DNA of 64,000 nucleotides, taken from Deinococcales bacterium (GTDB taxonomy: Bacteria > Deinococcota > Deinococci > Deinococcales > JAAFIG01). Positions 18,330 through 28,392 of this stretch are shown here, piece after piece; within the stretch, counting starts at the first letter, position 1, and each line of letters opens with the position of its first letter. Location: contig OZ252252.1 in NCBI GenBank assembly GCA_965249745.1, positions 4,965,659-5,029,658 on the forward strand. The letters run 5' to 3'. Both the position numbers and the translations under genes were made by a program. The notes under the pieces were generated by a model. The model saw only the letters and a program-made list of their open reading frames with translations, was not told the DNA's origin and searched no databases.

Positions 18330-19380
18330 TATTGTTCCGATCCCGGTGAATCACGTACACGATGCTAAGCGCCGTGGAGGTCGCCAACAGGCTCGAGGGG
18401 CCGTAGCTCACGAGCGGCAGGGTTAACCCGGTGAGCGGGGCGACGCCAATCGCGGCTCCGATGTTCTCCAGGACTTGAAAGCCGATCAGCGCCAGCACGC
18501 CGCCGATCACTAGGCGGTCGTTGCTGAGGCCGCACTCGCCACCCATCATCGTGATGCGCCAGAACAGGGCGACGTACGCCAGCAAGAGCAGCGCACCACC
18601 GACGAAGCCTTGTTCCTCGGCCCAGGGAGCGAAGATGAAATCGGTGTGGTCCTCTGGGATGAAACCGCCCTGGCTCTGCGTGCCCTGCTTGTACCCCTTA
18701 CCGCTCAGGCCGCCGGAACCGATGGCAATGCGGCTCTGGATGTACTGGTAACCTTTGCCTCGAGGGTCCTTGTCGGGGTTCAGGAAGATCGTCAGGCGGT
18801 CCACCTGGTAGGGCTTCAAACGCGGCACGACCACCGTGGGGACCAGCACGACAATGGCAATCAGCGCGACGAGCGCGTGTCGGAACGGCATCCCACGCAC
18901 CAGCAACATGCCAACCACAATGGCAATCAGTACCAGCGCCCCGCCGGTATCGCCCGTGCCGACGAAAACAATCCCGATCATCGGCAGGGAAATCAGCGCC
19001 ACCGGCAGGTAATCCTTGAGGCTGCGAATCGGGTCGCGCATGTACCGCGCCAGCATCAGAATCAGGGCCAGCTTCCCAAACTCGAGCGGCTGGAATTGAA
19101 AGCCGGGCAGCGCGAACCAGTTGCGGTTGCCGTTGATTTCCACGCCGAAAACGCTGACCGCGACCAGCAACACCAGCGCAATCCCGTACAGCGGAAAGGT
19201 CAACTGGTAAATGCCGCGCCGTCCCAGGAACCAGATCACGACCGGCGGCACGAGCATCAACGCCATACCGAAGAGTTGCTTCTGTACGTTCTCAGGCGTG
19301 GCCACGCTCGAGACGGTCAACAAACCGATTCCCAGAATCAGGACGGTCATAAAGGGCAGGGCGACTTCGCGGTTCAACAC
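18322..19380 (-). CDS. rodA: SEDS-family peptidoglycan polymerase RodA/FtsW
   Basis: Multi-pass membrane protein with the SEDS signature GGFIPEDHTDFIFA and SGGLSGKGY. The start is a GTG at 19380, with an alternative ATG at 19350. Confidence 0.9.
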   Translation of the reverse strand: MLNREVALPFMTVLILGIGLLTVSSVATPENVQKQLFGMALMLVPPVVIWFLGRRGIYQLTFPLYGIALVLLVAVSVFGVEINGNRNWFALPGFQFQPLEFGKLALILMLARYMRDPIRSLKDYLPVALISLPMIGIVFVGTGDTGGALVLIAIVVGMLLVRGMPFRHALVALIAIVVLVPTVVVPRLKPYQVDRLTIFLNPDKDPRGKGYQYIQSRIAIGSGGLSGKGYKQGTQSQGGFIPEDHTDFIFAPWAEEQGFVGGALLLLAYVALFWRITMMGGECGLSNDRLVIGGVLALIGFQVLENIGAAIGVAPLTGLTLPLVSYGPSSLLATSTALSIVYVIHRDRNNNF

Positions 19381-19431
19381 GGCAGGATCACGCCGCCCAG
19401 TTTCGCCCTCAAAAGTGAGGGTTGCAAGGGG

Positions 19432-19971
19432 TCAGATCGCCATTGCCAAATGCAGCGCCCGCACCAACGCCGTCTCGAGCGGTTCGATAATCGTGAGATC
19501 GGGGCGGGCGGCGCGAAGTAATTCAGCCGTCTGCGCGTGTCCGGTCACGCCCAGCACGAGGACACTAACGTCCGGGTGGTCCTGAGCGGCGGCAATCGGA
19601 TCGTACAAACGCTCAGGTTTCAACACCGCCCACGAGCGGCCCGTGGCGGCGGCGGCCTCCAAGCTGGCTTCGCCCGCGCCGACCACGGGAATCCTCACCA
19701 GCCTGCGCGCTTTGAGGGCACCGGGTTGCGAGGTGCAATCAACGACCACCGCATCCATACCGTCACGTTCTGCCTCTAAGACGCGAGCCACGACGCCGGG
19801 CGCAGCGGCGAGCACGTCCTCCTCGGTTCGCACCCGAAGGGTCCCCGCCTCGAGCCAGACATGGGACAGGTGCAGGTCGGGGCGAGCGAGCTGTCGCAAA
19901 CTCTCACTGACCGCCGCCCGGTCTTCCGGGGTCGGATCGGCGTTCGGGGTGACGATGCGAATCTGGCGCAT
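19432..19971 (-). CDS. Asp/Glu/hydantoin racemase family protein (short)
   Basis: DAVVVDCTSQPGALKARRLVRIPVVGAGEASLEAAAATG matches the hydantoin/Asp-Glu racemase core pattern. The protein is 179 aa. Confidence 0.55.
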   Translation of the reverse strand: MRQIRIVTPNADPTPEDRAAVSESLRQLARPDLHLSHVWLEAGTLRVRTEEDVLAAAPGVVARVLEAERDGMDAVVVDCTSQPGALKARRLVRIPVVGAGEASLEAAAATGRSWAVLKPERLYDPIAAAQDHPDVSVLVLGVTGHAQTAELLRAARPDLTIIEPLETALVRALHLAMAI

Positions 19972-20145
19972 GGCGAAAGCATGTCACAGATCGCCTCCGA
20001 TGCCCGCGATCCCACCGCGACAGCGCCTGAGTCTCGAGCTTCACAGGTTGCTACGAGCACGTCAAAAACTATCTTTTCCCCGACCCCACAGCCCACCACC
20101 TCGAGCCGACTCACCCAAAGGCTTCAAGGTTTGTAAACTGCGCCC

Positions 20146-20505
20146 ATGACCATCTTCGAGAAAATCATCGCCCGCGAGATTCCGTCCAGCATCGTGTACG
20201 AGGACGAACATTTCATCGCCTTCAAGGACATCAACCCGAAAGCCCCGGTTCACGTGCTCTGCGTGCCGAAAAAAGTCTCGAGCCGCTTGAACGAGATCAC
20301 CGATCCATTGGAGTTGGGACAGTTGTTTCTGACCGCGAATCGGGTCGCGGGGAAATCGTTGGGACTGAGCGATTACCGCCTCGCGGTCAATGTCGGCGCG
20401 GGTGCGGGTCAGATCGTGTTTCACACGCACGTGCATATTCTGGGCGGTTGGGACAACGCGGACGCCGACGCCCATCACGACGCGCTGGCGGCCCGAGACG
20501 GCTGA
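20146..20505 (+). CDS. HIT (histidine triad) family nucleotide hydrolase
   Basis: MTIFEKIIAREIPS... and the triad VFHTHVHILGG. Confidence 0.9.
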   Translation: MTIFEKIIAREIPSSIVYEDEHFIAFKDINPKAPVHVLCVPKKVSSRLNEITDPLELGQLFLTANRVAGKSLGLSDYRLAVNVGAGAGQIVFHTHVHILGGWDNADADAHHDALAARDG

Positions 20506-20655
20506 GCTAGCATGGTGTATGACGAATTGTCGTTACTTTCTCGAGGGGACTGACGTGAGTCTGTCCAAGGCAATGCATCCGTAGTGCTTCGCCCGGCCGA
20601 ACCCGTCACCGATTTCAGCGTCTCACAAGAAAGTTCCTCGAGCACTCCACCCGCT

Positions 20656-21471
20656 TCACGTGTCCGGGTCACGGCGGCGAATCAGCAATCCCTCGCGCAG
20701 GAAGGCTTCGATCACGCCCTCCAGCCCCGCCACATCGCGCTCCAAGGTTTGCGCCACCTCGAGCGGCGTCTTGCCACGCCCGAGTTGCGCCAGCACTTCG
20801 ACATTGGGTTTGCCGTGCGTGGCGCGGGCGCGATTGTACTGATCGGTGATCGGGTTCACGGCGTCGCGGCCCCTGAGGGTGAAGGTGTAGCGCTCCGAGG
20901 CCCACGCGCCGATAATGCGCGGCAGAGTCAGCACGACTGGGCGGAGCGGCGCGGGGTAGGCACCGGATTCTCGCGTGCCAGTGTAAATCTTCCCGAGGGC
21001 CGCGCCATCGAAATGCAGGGATGTAAAGCCGTTGTTCAACCCTCGAGTCCCGGTGAAGCCCTCGCCGGGTTGCACCTTCCAGGCGCGCTCTTGCACGCCG
21101 GAGAGTGCGTGAACCACGGGACGTCCCAGGCGGATCACTTCGGCAATCCCGCCGGAGGTGAAGGCGAGCGTCAGCTCCAACAGGGCCGGGTCGCCCCAGA
21201 GCTGCTCAGAAGTTTTGACCGCGTTGGCGTTCACCAGATGCCCCTCAAACAGCAGCGCCACGGCGACCAGATTCCCCTCGAGGTGCATTGTCAGCGCACC
21301 GTCCAGTTCCAGCGTTTCCAGATGGGTGCACAGGCGGTCCAGAGCCACAAAGCTGCCGTGCAAGCCGCGCATGACCCGTTCCCCGTCGGGCAAGACCCGT
21401 ACCAGCGGCAGCTCGGCGTCGGGGTAGGCGCGTTCCAGGCTAGTCAGCGGGGATGGCTTCGCGGCGGACAC
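20656..21471 (-). CDS. Hypothetical protein (possible C-terminal wHTH, DUF4388-like)
   Basis: 271-aa ORF with normal composition. The C-terminus GKTPLEVAQTLERDVAGLEGVIEAFLREGLLIRRR looks HTH-like. The opposite-strand 310-aa ORF is Arg/Gly/Ala/Gln-rich in the way antisense ORFs are. Confidence 0.55.
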   Translation of the reverse strand: MSAAKPSPLTSLERAYPDAELPLVRVLPDGERVMRGLHGSFVALDRLCTHLETLELDGALTMHLEGNLVAVALLFEGHLVNANAVKTSEQLWGDPALLELTLAFTSGGIAEVIRLGRPVVHALSGVQERAWKVQPGEGFTGTRGLNNGFTSLHFDGAALGKIYTGTRESGAYPAPLRPVVLTLPRIIGAWASERYTFTLRGRDAVNPITDQYNRARATHGKPNVEVLAQLGRGKTPLEVAQTLERDVAGLEGVIEAFLREGLLIRRRDPDT

Positions 21472-21554
21472 GGCTTCACCGACTCGAGCCTGGGGTGCGG
21501 CGCTGGAGTGAAATGAACTTCACGGGAGAATCCGAGGGTTCGACATAGAGGGGG

Positions 21555-21962
21555 TCATTCTTGCACAGGCGCGGTGAGGAAGGCTGCCGCCTCGAGCAGT
21601 AGGGCCCGAGTTTCGGGATGGGTCAGTTTTTTGAGGGCGTCTTGCACCGGGAAGAACGCCGCCTCGAAGCCCGGTTCTGGAATTGCTTGTTCGCTCAAAG
21701 TTCGCATCAGGAACCAGTGAATTCGGCGCGCCTCGCCTCTGGGATTGGTGTACTCGGTCGGCTCGAGGCGGCGTTCTATGCGGGCCGTCACCCCGCCCTC
21801 CTCGAGCACCTCGCGCATGGCGGCCGTCTCTCTGGTCTCGCCGGGGTCAATGTGGCCCTTCGGGAAGTCCCAGGAGCCGCCAGGGTAGCGGATCATCAGC
21901 ACGCGGTCATTCGCGCCAAAGACCACACCGCCCGCGCCCTCGATCCGCTTCATGACAGGCAT
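21555..21962 (-). CDS. NUDIX hydrolase
   Basis: Nudix box GHIDPGETRETAAMREVLEEGGV. Confidence 0.9.
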   Translation of the reverse strand: MPVMKRIEGAGGVVFGANDRVLMIRYPGGSWDFPKGHIDPGETRETAAMREVLEEGGVTARIERRLEPTEYTNPRGEARRIHWFLMRTLSEQAIPEPGFEAAFFPVQDALKKLTHPETRALLLEAAAFLTAPVQE

Positions 21963-21998
21963 TGTAAAACCTCAATCCAGATATGCGACAATCTGGGC

Positions 21999-22280
21999 AT
22001 GATTACCGCGATCGTGCTGGTGCGCGCCGCTCGAGACCGCATCCCTGAAACCGCCGAGCGCTTGGCGGCAGTAAAATTCGTCTCAGAGTGTTACTCCGTG
22101 ACCGGTGACTGGGACATCGTGGTGGTGCTGCGCTTTCCACAGTTTGAAGACCTGGACGACATTGTGACCGGGCAGCTCAGGAAGATTCCCGGCATTGAGC
22201 GCACTAGCACGATGTTGGCCTTCAAGGCCTACAGTCAGGCGCTCTTGGACCAGGCGTTCAACATTGGTCTCGAGGGGTGA
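21999..22280 (+). CDS. Stand-alone Lrp/AsnC ligand-binding (RAM) domain protein
   Basis: MITAIVLVRAARDRIPETAERLAAVKFVSECYSVTGDWDIVVVLRF matches the AsnC_trans_reg domain. ATG 21999 is in frame with track ORF 21618..22280. Confidence 0.7.
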   Translation: MITAIVLVRAARDRIPETAERLAAVKFVSECYSVTGDWDIVVVLRFPQFEDLDDIVTGQLRKIPGIERTSTMLAFKAYSQALLDQAFNIGLEG

Positions 22281-22294
22281 GTCTCGAGGGGTGA
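22267..22294. repeat. Perfect 14-nt tandem duplication that includes a stop codon
   Basis: GTCTCGAGGGGTGA occurs at 22267-22280 and again at 22281-22294. The first copy ends with the TGA stop of the preceding gene. Confidence 0.9.
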
Positions 22295-22485
22295 CGGAAA
22301 GCGCCTGAACCGGGACATGCCGGGGACAGGTTTCAGCGTCCGAGCATGTTTTGCTCCGGCGAAACGAACCCGCCAACCCCGTCCTCTATTGCAAACGGCC
22401 GTTCGCCCTAGAGACCAAGGCAGGCTCGAGACTCATCTCGAGCTGCCCGTAGCACTTGAGATTGTCCTTAAACGTTGATGGCGTA

Positions 22486-24387
22486 TCAATCGGCGCTGCT
22501 AGGAATCAAGCCGTTGTTGTTGCGGTCGTTCTCCTCGAGCGGGCGCGGGCTTGCCTTCGGGTCACGCAGGGCTTCCAACAGGAACGGCGCGATCAATCCA
22601 AGTAAGAGTCCGACAACAGCGGCCAGCGCTATGGGCAAGGCCGCACCGTTAACCTTCCGGGTCGGTGGGAAAGCGGGCACTAAGAGCTGCGCCAGATTCC
22701 CGGCGCTGGAACGTTCGATCCGTAAATCGGTCAGTTTCTGATCTAGCAGCTTCAACTGGTCTCGAGCCAAGTCTAGGTTCTGCGTCAGCCTGGATGACCG
22801 CAGCGTCTGGTCACTGACCCGTTGCTTCAGCGTGCTGATCCGCCCATCGAGTTCCTGCGCGTGTTGCTGCAAGCTGGCCAGGTTGGCGCTGAGTTTGGAA
22901 CGGGTGGCGTCCAGGTCGCTGGTGAGGGAACGCAACCGCTGGTACTCGGGCGTGCCGCTGTCCAGGGTGCGCCCCGAAAGCGAAACACCGTTCAACCGAG
23001 CGGCCCGCGCTTGGGCGGCCTGGAAAGTCTGTTGGGCGCTCGACAAGTCCAAGTCCACGCGCCGCCCGTTTTCCTCCAATTGCGCTTGGCGGCTGCGGTC
23101 GGTGCTGACCTGCTGACTCAAACGGGTTTGCTCGGCGGTGATCGCGTCACGCTCGGCGGTGATGGCCTTCAAGTCGGTTTGTAATTGCACAGAGCTTTGT
23201 AGCAGCGTTTGATAGACAGGATTTAATTCTTGATTTTGAAGTTTCAGCCCGACCAAATCGCCCAGGTTTTGCTTGTTCTGCTGGATGGCAGCGGCAATCG
23301 CGGGATCGGCGGTGATCTCACGCTCTAAGGTCACGAGTTGCGGTTGCCCGGCGATCTGGCGCTTGGTCTCCGCGAGCCTGGCTTGCAGCGTCTCGAGGCG
23401 AGACTGATAGGTTTGCAGGGTCGCGTTGATCTGTACCAAGCGACCTTCACCGCTCGAGATTCTGCCTTGCAGCAAGGAACGATCATCGCTGGCGCTGAAA
23501 CCGCGTTTGGCTTCGGCGGCGACCGTGTATTTCGCTTGCGCATCTTTCAGGGCCGCTTGCACGTCACCTCGGACGGCGGCCAGATCGGTTCCGGTGGCCG
23601 CAAACCCGGCGGCGTCGCTCGAGTCGCTCAATCCAATTGCGCGCTGCGCGGAGTTCAGTTCCGATTGCCGCAAACTTAGTTCGGTGCGAGCCTGTTCCAA
23701 ACTGGCGCTGGTGTCGCTGAGTTTCGTGTTGAGCTGGCTGCGTTCTTCAATGGCGGCGTTCAGGGTAGCCTGATCCAAAGCCAGGGTCGTGGAGACGTTA
23801 AACGCCTGGTACTGCTTTTCGGCATCGGTCAGCGAACCCCGAGCCGTCTGCGTCTGCTTTTCCAGCGACACGATTGAATCCGAAAGCCTGATTTGCGGCA
23901 ACTGGTTCAACGCCTCGAGCGTGAGTTTACTCCACACGTTGGCAATCTCGGCCGCCTGCCGAGCGGTCTCGGCTTTAGCTTCCATCGTCACCAGCGGCGT
24001 GGCGCTGGGAGCGACCCGCACGGCCGTGGAAGCCTGCTGGACGAATTTCACTTTCAGGGTTTCCGCTAGACCCGTCGCGTCGCGCGGACGGCTGTCCTCT
24101 GGCTGGCTTTTCAAGACCGCTTCCAGGATCGGTCTCGAGAGCGCGATCGTCTCGATCTGTTCGCGGTTCAAGACCGGCGCGTCGCTGGTTTCGATCCGGT
24201 TTTCCAGCTTGGATTGAATCGTCGTGGTCTGAATACTGAGCGTGGTCGAGGCGCTATAGACAGGTTTGGCAAGAAACAGGACATACAACAGCGCCAACGT
24301 GGCCGCGATCACCGGTAGGACTACAATCAACCCCCAGTGCCTTTTCAAGATCAAATACAAGTCCCTGAGCGATAGTTCCTCTGACAT
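22486..24387 (-). CDS. Wzz/GumC-like polysaccharide chain-length determinant protein with a long coiled coil
   Basis: The N-terminal Wzz pattern is LRDLYLILKRHWGLIVVLPVIAATLALLYVLFLAKPVYSA. A long Q/L/A/S/T coiled-coil follows, then the C-terminal TM ALPIALAAVVGLLLGLIAPFLL. The ATG at 24387 is preceded by GGGGAGG. Confidence 0.75.
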   Translation of the reverse strand: MSEELSLRDLYLILKRHWGLIVVLPVIAATLALLYVLFLAKPVYSASTTLSIQTTTIQSKLENRIETSDAPVLNREQIETIALSRPILEAVLKSQPEDSRPRDATGLAETLKVKFVQQASTAVRVAPSATPLVTMEAKAETARQAAEIANVWSKLTLEALNQLPQIRLSDSIVSLEKQTQTARGSLTDAEKQYQAFNVSTTLALDQATLNAAIEERSQLNTKLSDTSASLEQARTELSLRQSELNSAQRAIGLSDSSDAAGFAATGTDLAAVRGDVQAALKDAQAKYTVAAEAKRGFSASDDRSLLQGRISSGEGRLVQINATLQTYQSRLETLQARLAETKRQIAGQPQLVTLEREITADPAIAAAIQQNKQNLGDLVGLKLQNQELNPVYQTLLQSSVQLQTDLKAITAERDAITAEQTRLSQQVSTDRSRQAQLEENGRRVDLDLSSAQQTFQAAQARAARLNGVSLSGRTLDSGTPEYQRLRSLTSDLDATRSKLSANLASLQQHAQELDGRISTLKQRVSDQTLRSSRLTQNLDLARDQLKLLDQKLTDLRIERSSAGNLAQLLVPAFPPTRKVNGAALPIALAAVVGLLLGLIAPFLLEALRDPKASPRPLEENDRNNNGLIPSSAD

Positions 24388-24639
24388 TCGTGCCTCCCCA
24401 TGCAAGCGTACTAATTTTACACCAGCCTGTACCCATCACTTAAATTGAAAAATGTACGTGCTATGTCAGGGCTTTATCAAGCTGTCCCAGCTCAGACCAC
24501 ATCTTTCTATCATAATCTGTGCAGAGTTGTATGTGTCGTCCTGGACAGAATTTCTCGAGGATTAGGATTCCTTGAAGAAATTCTCACTGAAGCTAGCTAT
24601 TGCTGATCCTGAATTTTAGGTCACAGGGGCTGGCTTATT

Positions 24640-25302
24640 TTAAGTCTGCACCGTCAACCTGAGGCCAAACCGAGGAACGCTGTGATGCTGACCGCAACGC
24701 GGTTCGTAGGCTTCCGAGGCTCCAACCATGATGACAGGATCGTCAAAGCGGGCTGGCACGCCGTTCACCAAGCGCTGCGTGCGTGTGGCGGGTGCGCCGC
24801 ACACGACGCAGATGGCGGTGAGCTTCTCCACGTGTTCGGCTCGAGCCAGCAGCTCTGGCATAATGCCGAACGGCTCGCCGCGAAAATCCAGGTCCAGCCC
24901 GCCACAGATGACGCGAACGCCCGCTCTGGAGAGTTCCAGCGCCAGCGGCACGAGACCGTCGTCGAAGAACTGCGCCTCATCGAAGGCCACCACATCCGGA
25001 AGCGTTAATTCCAGGGCATCCGGGTTTTCCATGCCAAACAGCGCCGGTTCTGGCGCGAGACCCAGATGCTCGCGGACCTCTAAGGTGGTACTAACAGGTA
25101 TTGCCCCAGCGGTGCGCCCGGCGTGACTGGCGACCTTCTCGGCGTGATAGCGGTCGTCCATGCCGGGTTTGAAAACGCGTACGTCCTGCTTGGCGATCAG
25201 GGCGCGGGTCACGCGGCGAATCAGCTCCTCGGACTTACCGGAGAACATCGGACCGCAGATGACCTCGATGTGACCGGCGGGAAAGAACGGCTCGAGCGGC
25301 AT
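24640..25302 (-). CDS. tdk: Thymidine kinase
   Basis: [21 protein letters not shown] is the P-loop, DEAQFF is present, and the C-terminal zinc ribbon is CVVCGAP...CGQHH. Confidence 0.92.
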   Translation of the reverse strand: MPLEPFFPAGHIEVICGPMFSGKSEELIRRVTRALIAKQDVRVFKPGMDDRYHAEKVASHAGRTAGAIPVSTTLEVREHLGLAPEPALFGMENPDALELTLPDVVAFDEAQFFDDGLVPLALELSRAGVRVICGGLDLDFRGEPFGIMPELLARAEHVEKLTAICVVCGAPATRTQRLVNGVPARFDDPVIMVGASEAYEPRCGQHHSVPRFGLRLTVQT

Positions 25303-25520
25303 GGGGAGCAGATTACCCTGGGGTGACGGGAAACTGGAAGCTGTGTCCCTGACAGGACCTCGAGTGAATTTGTGGCTTGAATCCGGAGGTCGTTGACGCA
25401 GATTGCAAACGCCTTCGGAGAAATGCGCGATAATGAACGGCAGACCGGGTTCAGACCCGGACGCACCGCGACGGCTCGAGACTTCACCCAGAGGGAACGA
25501 GCCTCGCCCAAAGGACTTTT

Positions 25521-26324
25521 ATGCGAACCCAGGCGATTCGCTTTTTCAACGGACCGAAACTCTACCCCTTCAAAACCGATCACGAGTACGCCGTGAACAT
25601 TCAGGTCGTCGTCAACTCCCGGCGCGGGCTGGAGCTGGCCACGGTGCGCGACGTGATTCGCGGTACGGGCGACAACGCCGCCGGAGAAATCCTGCGCCAA
25701 GCCACCCCGGACGACTTGCAAACCTGGGAGCGGCTGGAACTCGAGGCGAACGACCTGAAATGGTTCCTGCGCTCCAGGGTGAAAACCCAGAACCTGCGCG
25801 CCAAGATCGTGACCGCCGAGTTCACGCTGGACGGCGATCACCTGACCGTCTCCTATTCCAGCGAGGAGAAGGTGGAGTTGCGCGCTCTGATGCAGGAAAT
25901 CAACACCCGAACCGCCGCTCACGTGCAGTTCAGCGCGGTTGGCGCGCGCGATCAGGCGCGGATTCTAGGCGTGCTGGGCGTGTGCGGCAAGGAGAACTGC
26001 TCGAGCCACCACCTTCAGGAGTTCACGCCGGTCACGATTCGCATGAGCCGCGATCAGCAGCTCCCGATGAACCCGGAAAAGATCAGCGGTCCGTGCGGGC
26101 GCTTGCTGTGCTGCCTGCAATACGAGCACGAGATGTACCAGGAGATGTTGCGCGACCTGCCGCGAAAAGGCGCGAAGGTGTGCAGCACCGAGGACGAATC
26201 GCAGTGCGGCAAGGTCATGAAGCTGAACCCGTTAAAGCAGACCGTAGAAATTAAGAGCGACGAAGGGCAATGGTTCGAGATCCCCAGGGCCCAGATTCGA
26301 GCCGTCAAGGGCGGGCAGGGCTAA
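25521..26324 (+). CDS. ricT: PSP1/RicT (YaaT)-like protein
   Basis: PSP1 C-terminal domain with the cysteine motif GPCGRLLCCLQYEHEMY. Confidence 0.8.
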   Translation: MRTQAIRFFNGPKLYPFKTDHEYAVNIQVVVNSRRGLELATVRDVIRGTGDNAAGEILRQATPDDLQTWERLELEANDLKWFLRSRVKTQNLRAKIVTAEFTLDGDHLTVSYSSEEKVELRALMQEINTRTAAHVQFSAVGARDQARILGVLGVCGKENCSSHHLQEFTPVTIRMSRDQQLPMNPEKISGPCGRLLCCLQYEHEMYQEMLRDLPRKGAKVCSTEDESQCGKVMKLNPLKQTVEIKSDEGQWFEIPRAQIRAVKGGQG

Positions 26325-26532
26325 ACTCACTTGGGAGGCGTCCGCGTTGTGTGTGTTCCCTACTTGTGCGTACATTTGCTACTCAATGTGAGAAAACCCT
26401 GTCGGCCCGACCGTTCAGTCTCGAGCTGCGCAGCCTCCGAATCTTGGTTTCGTGTGTCGAATACTCGTGTCTGCCAGCCCTAGTTCGAGTTGAAGCGAAT
26501 TCCCGATAGCTCAGTTTTTACTCGAGAAACGC

Positions 26533-28392
26533 TCAGAGCCTGGGACGGATTCGCAATTCCGCCTCAATGTGCTTGGCGCGCTCCGATTCACCCCGCGTCA
26601 GGTACCAGACCTCGAACCGAACCCCTTTTTCGTTCCAGTGATTGACCAGACCGCGCAACTGGGCTGCCGTTTCCAGCGCGGTGTCGGTCGCATCGCCCCG
26701 AATGGCTCGAGCCTGGATGACGCGCTTGAAATTCTCGGAATAACCGCCGCTAAACGCCTCGAGCCAGACTTGCAGCGTGGATAGGGACAGCGTGAAGCGG
26801 GTCCAGCGATGGTCGTCGAAAGCCTGCCGATTGTTGGCGGTGAACTTGTTGACGAGCGTCTTCCCGGCGTACCAGCCGCGCTCCGATAAGCGGTTCAGCG
26901 TTGCCGGTTCCATGTTCAGATTCGCGCCGCCCTCGGCCGGGTTGAGCTTGACGTGAACGATCCGCTCGCGGAAGCCTTCGACAGGAACGAGCGTATTGTC
27001 CGACCAGTTCTGCAAGGTATTGAAGAGTTGCGATAGAAAATTGCCCAAGGAATTGATCTTACCCAGCGTCAGGAAGCGTCCCTGGCGGCGGTTGGCCGGG
27101 ATGAACACGTTTTTGGATTCGTCCTCGCTCTGCTCGTCGGAAGCACGAAAACCGCGCAGGTTGATGGCGAAGGTTGGGCGGTGCGGCAAGGGCGCGTCGA
27201 AAAAATGGACCGGGAAGTTGCTGGTCATACCGCCGTCACTGAACCAGCACGGCTCCGGGGCTTGTTGCTCCGTGGGACGGGTGCGGTCCACGGTGTAGAG
27301 CTTGACAGCGCTCACCAGGAGCGGAAAACTCAGGCTCAGCCGCACGGCCACCACGACCGGCAGGTCCCTCGGGTTGGGCAAGGCGCACAGTCCGAACTGT
27401 TCGGCGGTATCGGAGGCTCGAGCGTGCAGCACCAGCCAACTCACGACCCGCTCCGGGAACAGGGCGCGCATTTCATCGGGCTTGAAATACAGGTCTCTGG
27501 CCTCGAACGGAACCGTGTATGGCCGGGCGTGGGTCAGGCTGGTGGTGATGATCTGCAAGTTGATCTGACGGTGCGCGTCGTCCGGTCCCCAGAGATCACC
27601 GAAGGTCAACGGAGGGTGACTCGAGCTGGCGGCGGACTCGGGCGCATCGGACTTGCCCGAAACCTCGTCCAGTACATCTGTCAGCCAGGTCGTCAGGGCG
27701 GGTTCGCTCGGGTTCCCAGCACCCTCGAGACCGGTGCAGAGACCGTAGGCGTTGGCTGGCAGGGCGCGCACCAGGTCAAAGCCGACGAAGCCGACCAGGA
27801 ACAACACTTCCAACAGTAGCAGCACGAGTACGCCCGCCAGCAGGCGCAGCCAGAGCGGGATGAGGCTCTCAGCCAGCACGAAACCCACGATCAGGGCGGC
27901 GCTCGAGGCGGTCAAACCGAACCGCAAGGGTCGCCTCGCGTATGCCCACCAACCCCGAGCGAGTAGTCCCAGGCCGATCTCGAGCGCTCTTGGAAAACCG
28001 CTTTGTGGTTTCTGGCGCAACACCTCGAGCACCGCCAGCAGGAAGCCGAACAGGTGGCGCGTGCTGGGTTGCGGTTGGAACAGTCGCAGCAGTCCGGTCT
28101 TGCCAGCGACGCTTTTCCCGAGTTCATCCGGCAGTCGCGCCAGGCGTGAGAAACCGCCGCTCTGACTGGTTCTCCCCTTTTCGGCGGCCGCCGCCAGCGC
28201 CGCGGCCAGTGCGCCCGCGCTGGTTCCACCGAGGTTGCGAAACCGGTAGGTTTTAGCCAGTTCGCAGATTGCCAGCGGGTAGACCACGCCGCTGGTGATG
28301 CCGCCTTTCAGGACCAGATCGCACTCTAGCCCCGGCTGCTCGTAAGACTTTGCGTCTCGTAAGCGGTCTTTAGCAGAAGCAAAATCGTTCAT
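26533..28392 (-). CDS. Patatin-like phospholipase with an internal hydrophobic hairpin and a C-terminal extension
   Basis: Oxyanion motif LKGGITSGVVYP, nucleophile elbow GGTSAG and catalytic Asp motif FSDGGMTSNFP are present. Between them lies LIVGFVLAESLIPLWLRLLAGVLVLLLLEVLFLVGFVGF, which predicts two TM helices. Confidence 0.85.
   Translation of the reverse strand: MNDFASAKDRLRDAKSYEQPGLECDLVLKGGITSGVVYPLAICELAKTYRFRNLGGTSAGALAAALAAAAEKGRTSQSGGFSRLARLPDELGKSVAGKTGLLRLFQPQPSTRHLFGFLLAVLEVLRQKPQSGFPRALEIGLGLLARGWWAYARRPLRFGLTASSAALIVGFVLAESLIPLWLRLLAGVLVLLLLEVLFLVGFVGFDLVRALPANAYGLCTGLEGAGNPSEPALTTWLTDVLDEVSGKSDAPESAASSSHPPLTFGDLWGPDDAHRQINLQIITTSLTHARPYTVPFEARDLYFKPDEMRALFPERVVSWLVLHARASDTAEQFGLCALPNPRDLPVVVAVRLSLSFPLLVSAVKLYTVDRTRPTEQQAPEPCWFSDGGMTSNFPVHFFDAPLPHRPTFAINLRGFRASDEQSEDESKNVFIPANRRQGRFLTLGKINSLGNFLSQLFNTLQNWSDNTLVPVEGFRERIVHVKLNPAEGGANLNMEPATLNRLSERGWYAGKTLVNKFTANNRQAFDDHRWTRFTLSLSTLQVWLEAFSGGYSENFKRVIQARAIRGDATDTALETAAQLRGLVNHWNEKGVRFEVWYLTRGESERAKHIEAELRIRPRL

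Noticed and set aside
18610-19521. 303-aa plus-strand ORF antisense to rodA
   Set aside because: The His/Gln/Arg/Asp-rich sequence is non-protein-like, and the SEDS signature on the minus strand explains the region.
20584-21516. 310-aa plus-strand ORF competing with the 271-aa minus-strand ORF
   Set aside because: The plus-strand product is Gly/Arg/Ala/Gln-rich with no motif, while the minus-strand product has ordinary composition and an HTH-like C-terminus. The call remains only moderately confident.
25221-26254. 233-aa minus-strand and 283-aa plus-strand ORFs overlapping ricT and tdk
   Set aside because: The PSP1 cysteine motif and the thymidine kinase motifs fix the real frames. The alternatives are Arg-rich artefacts.
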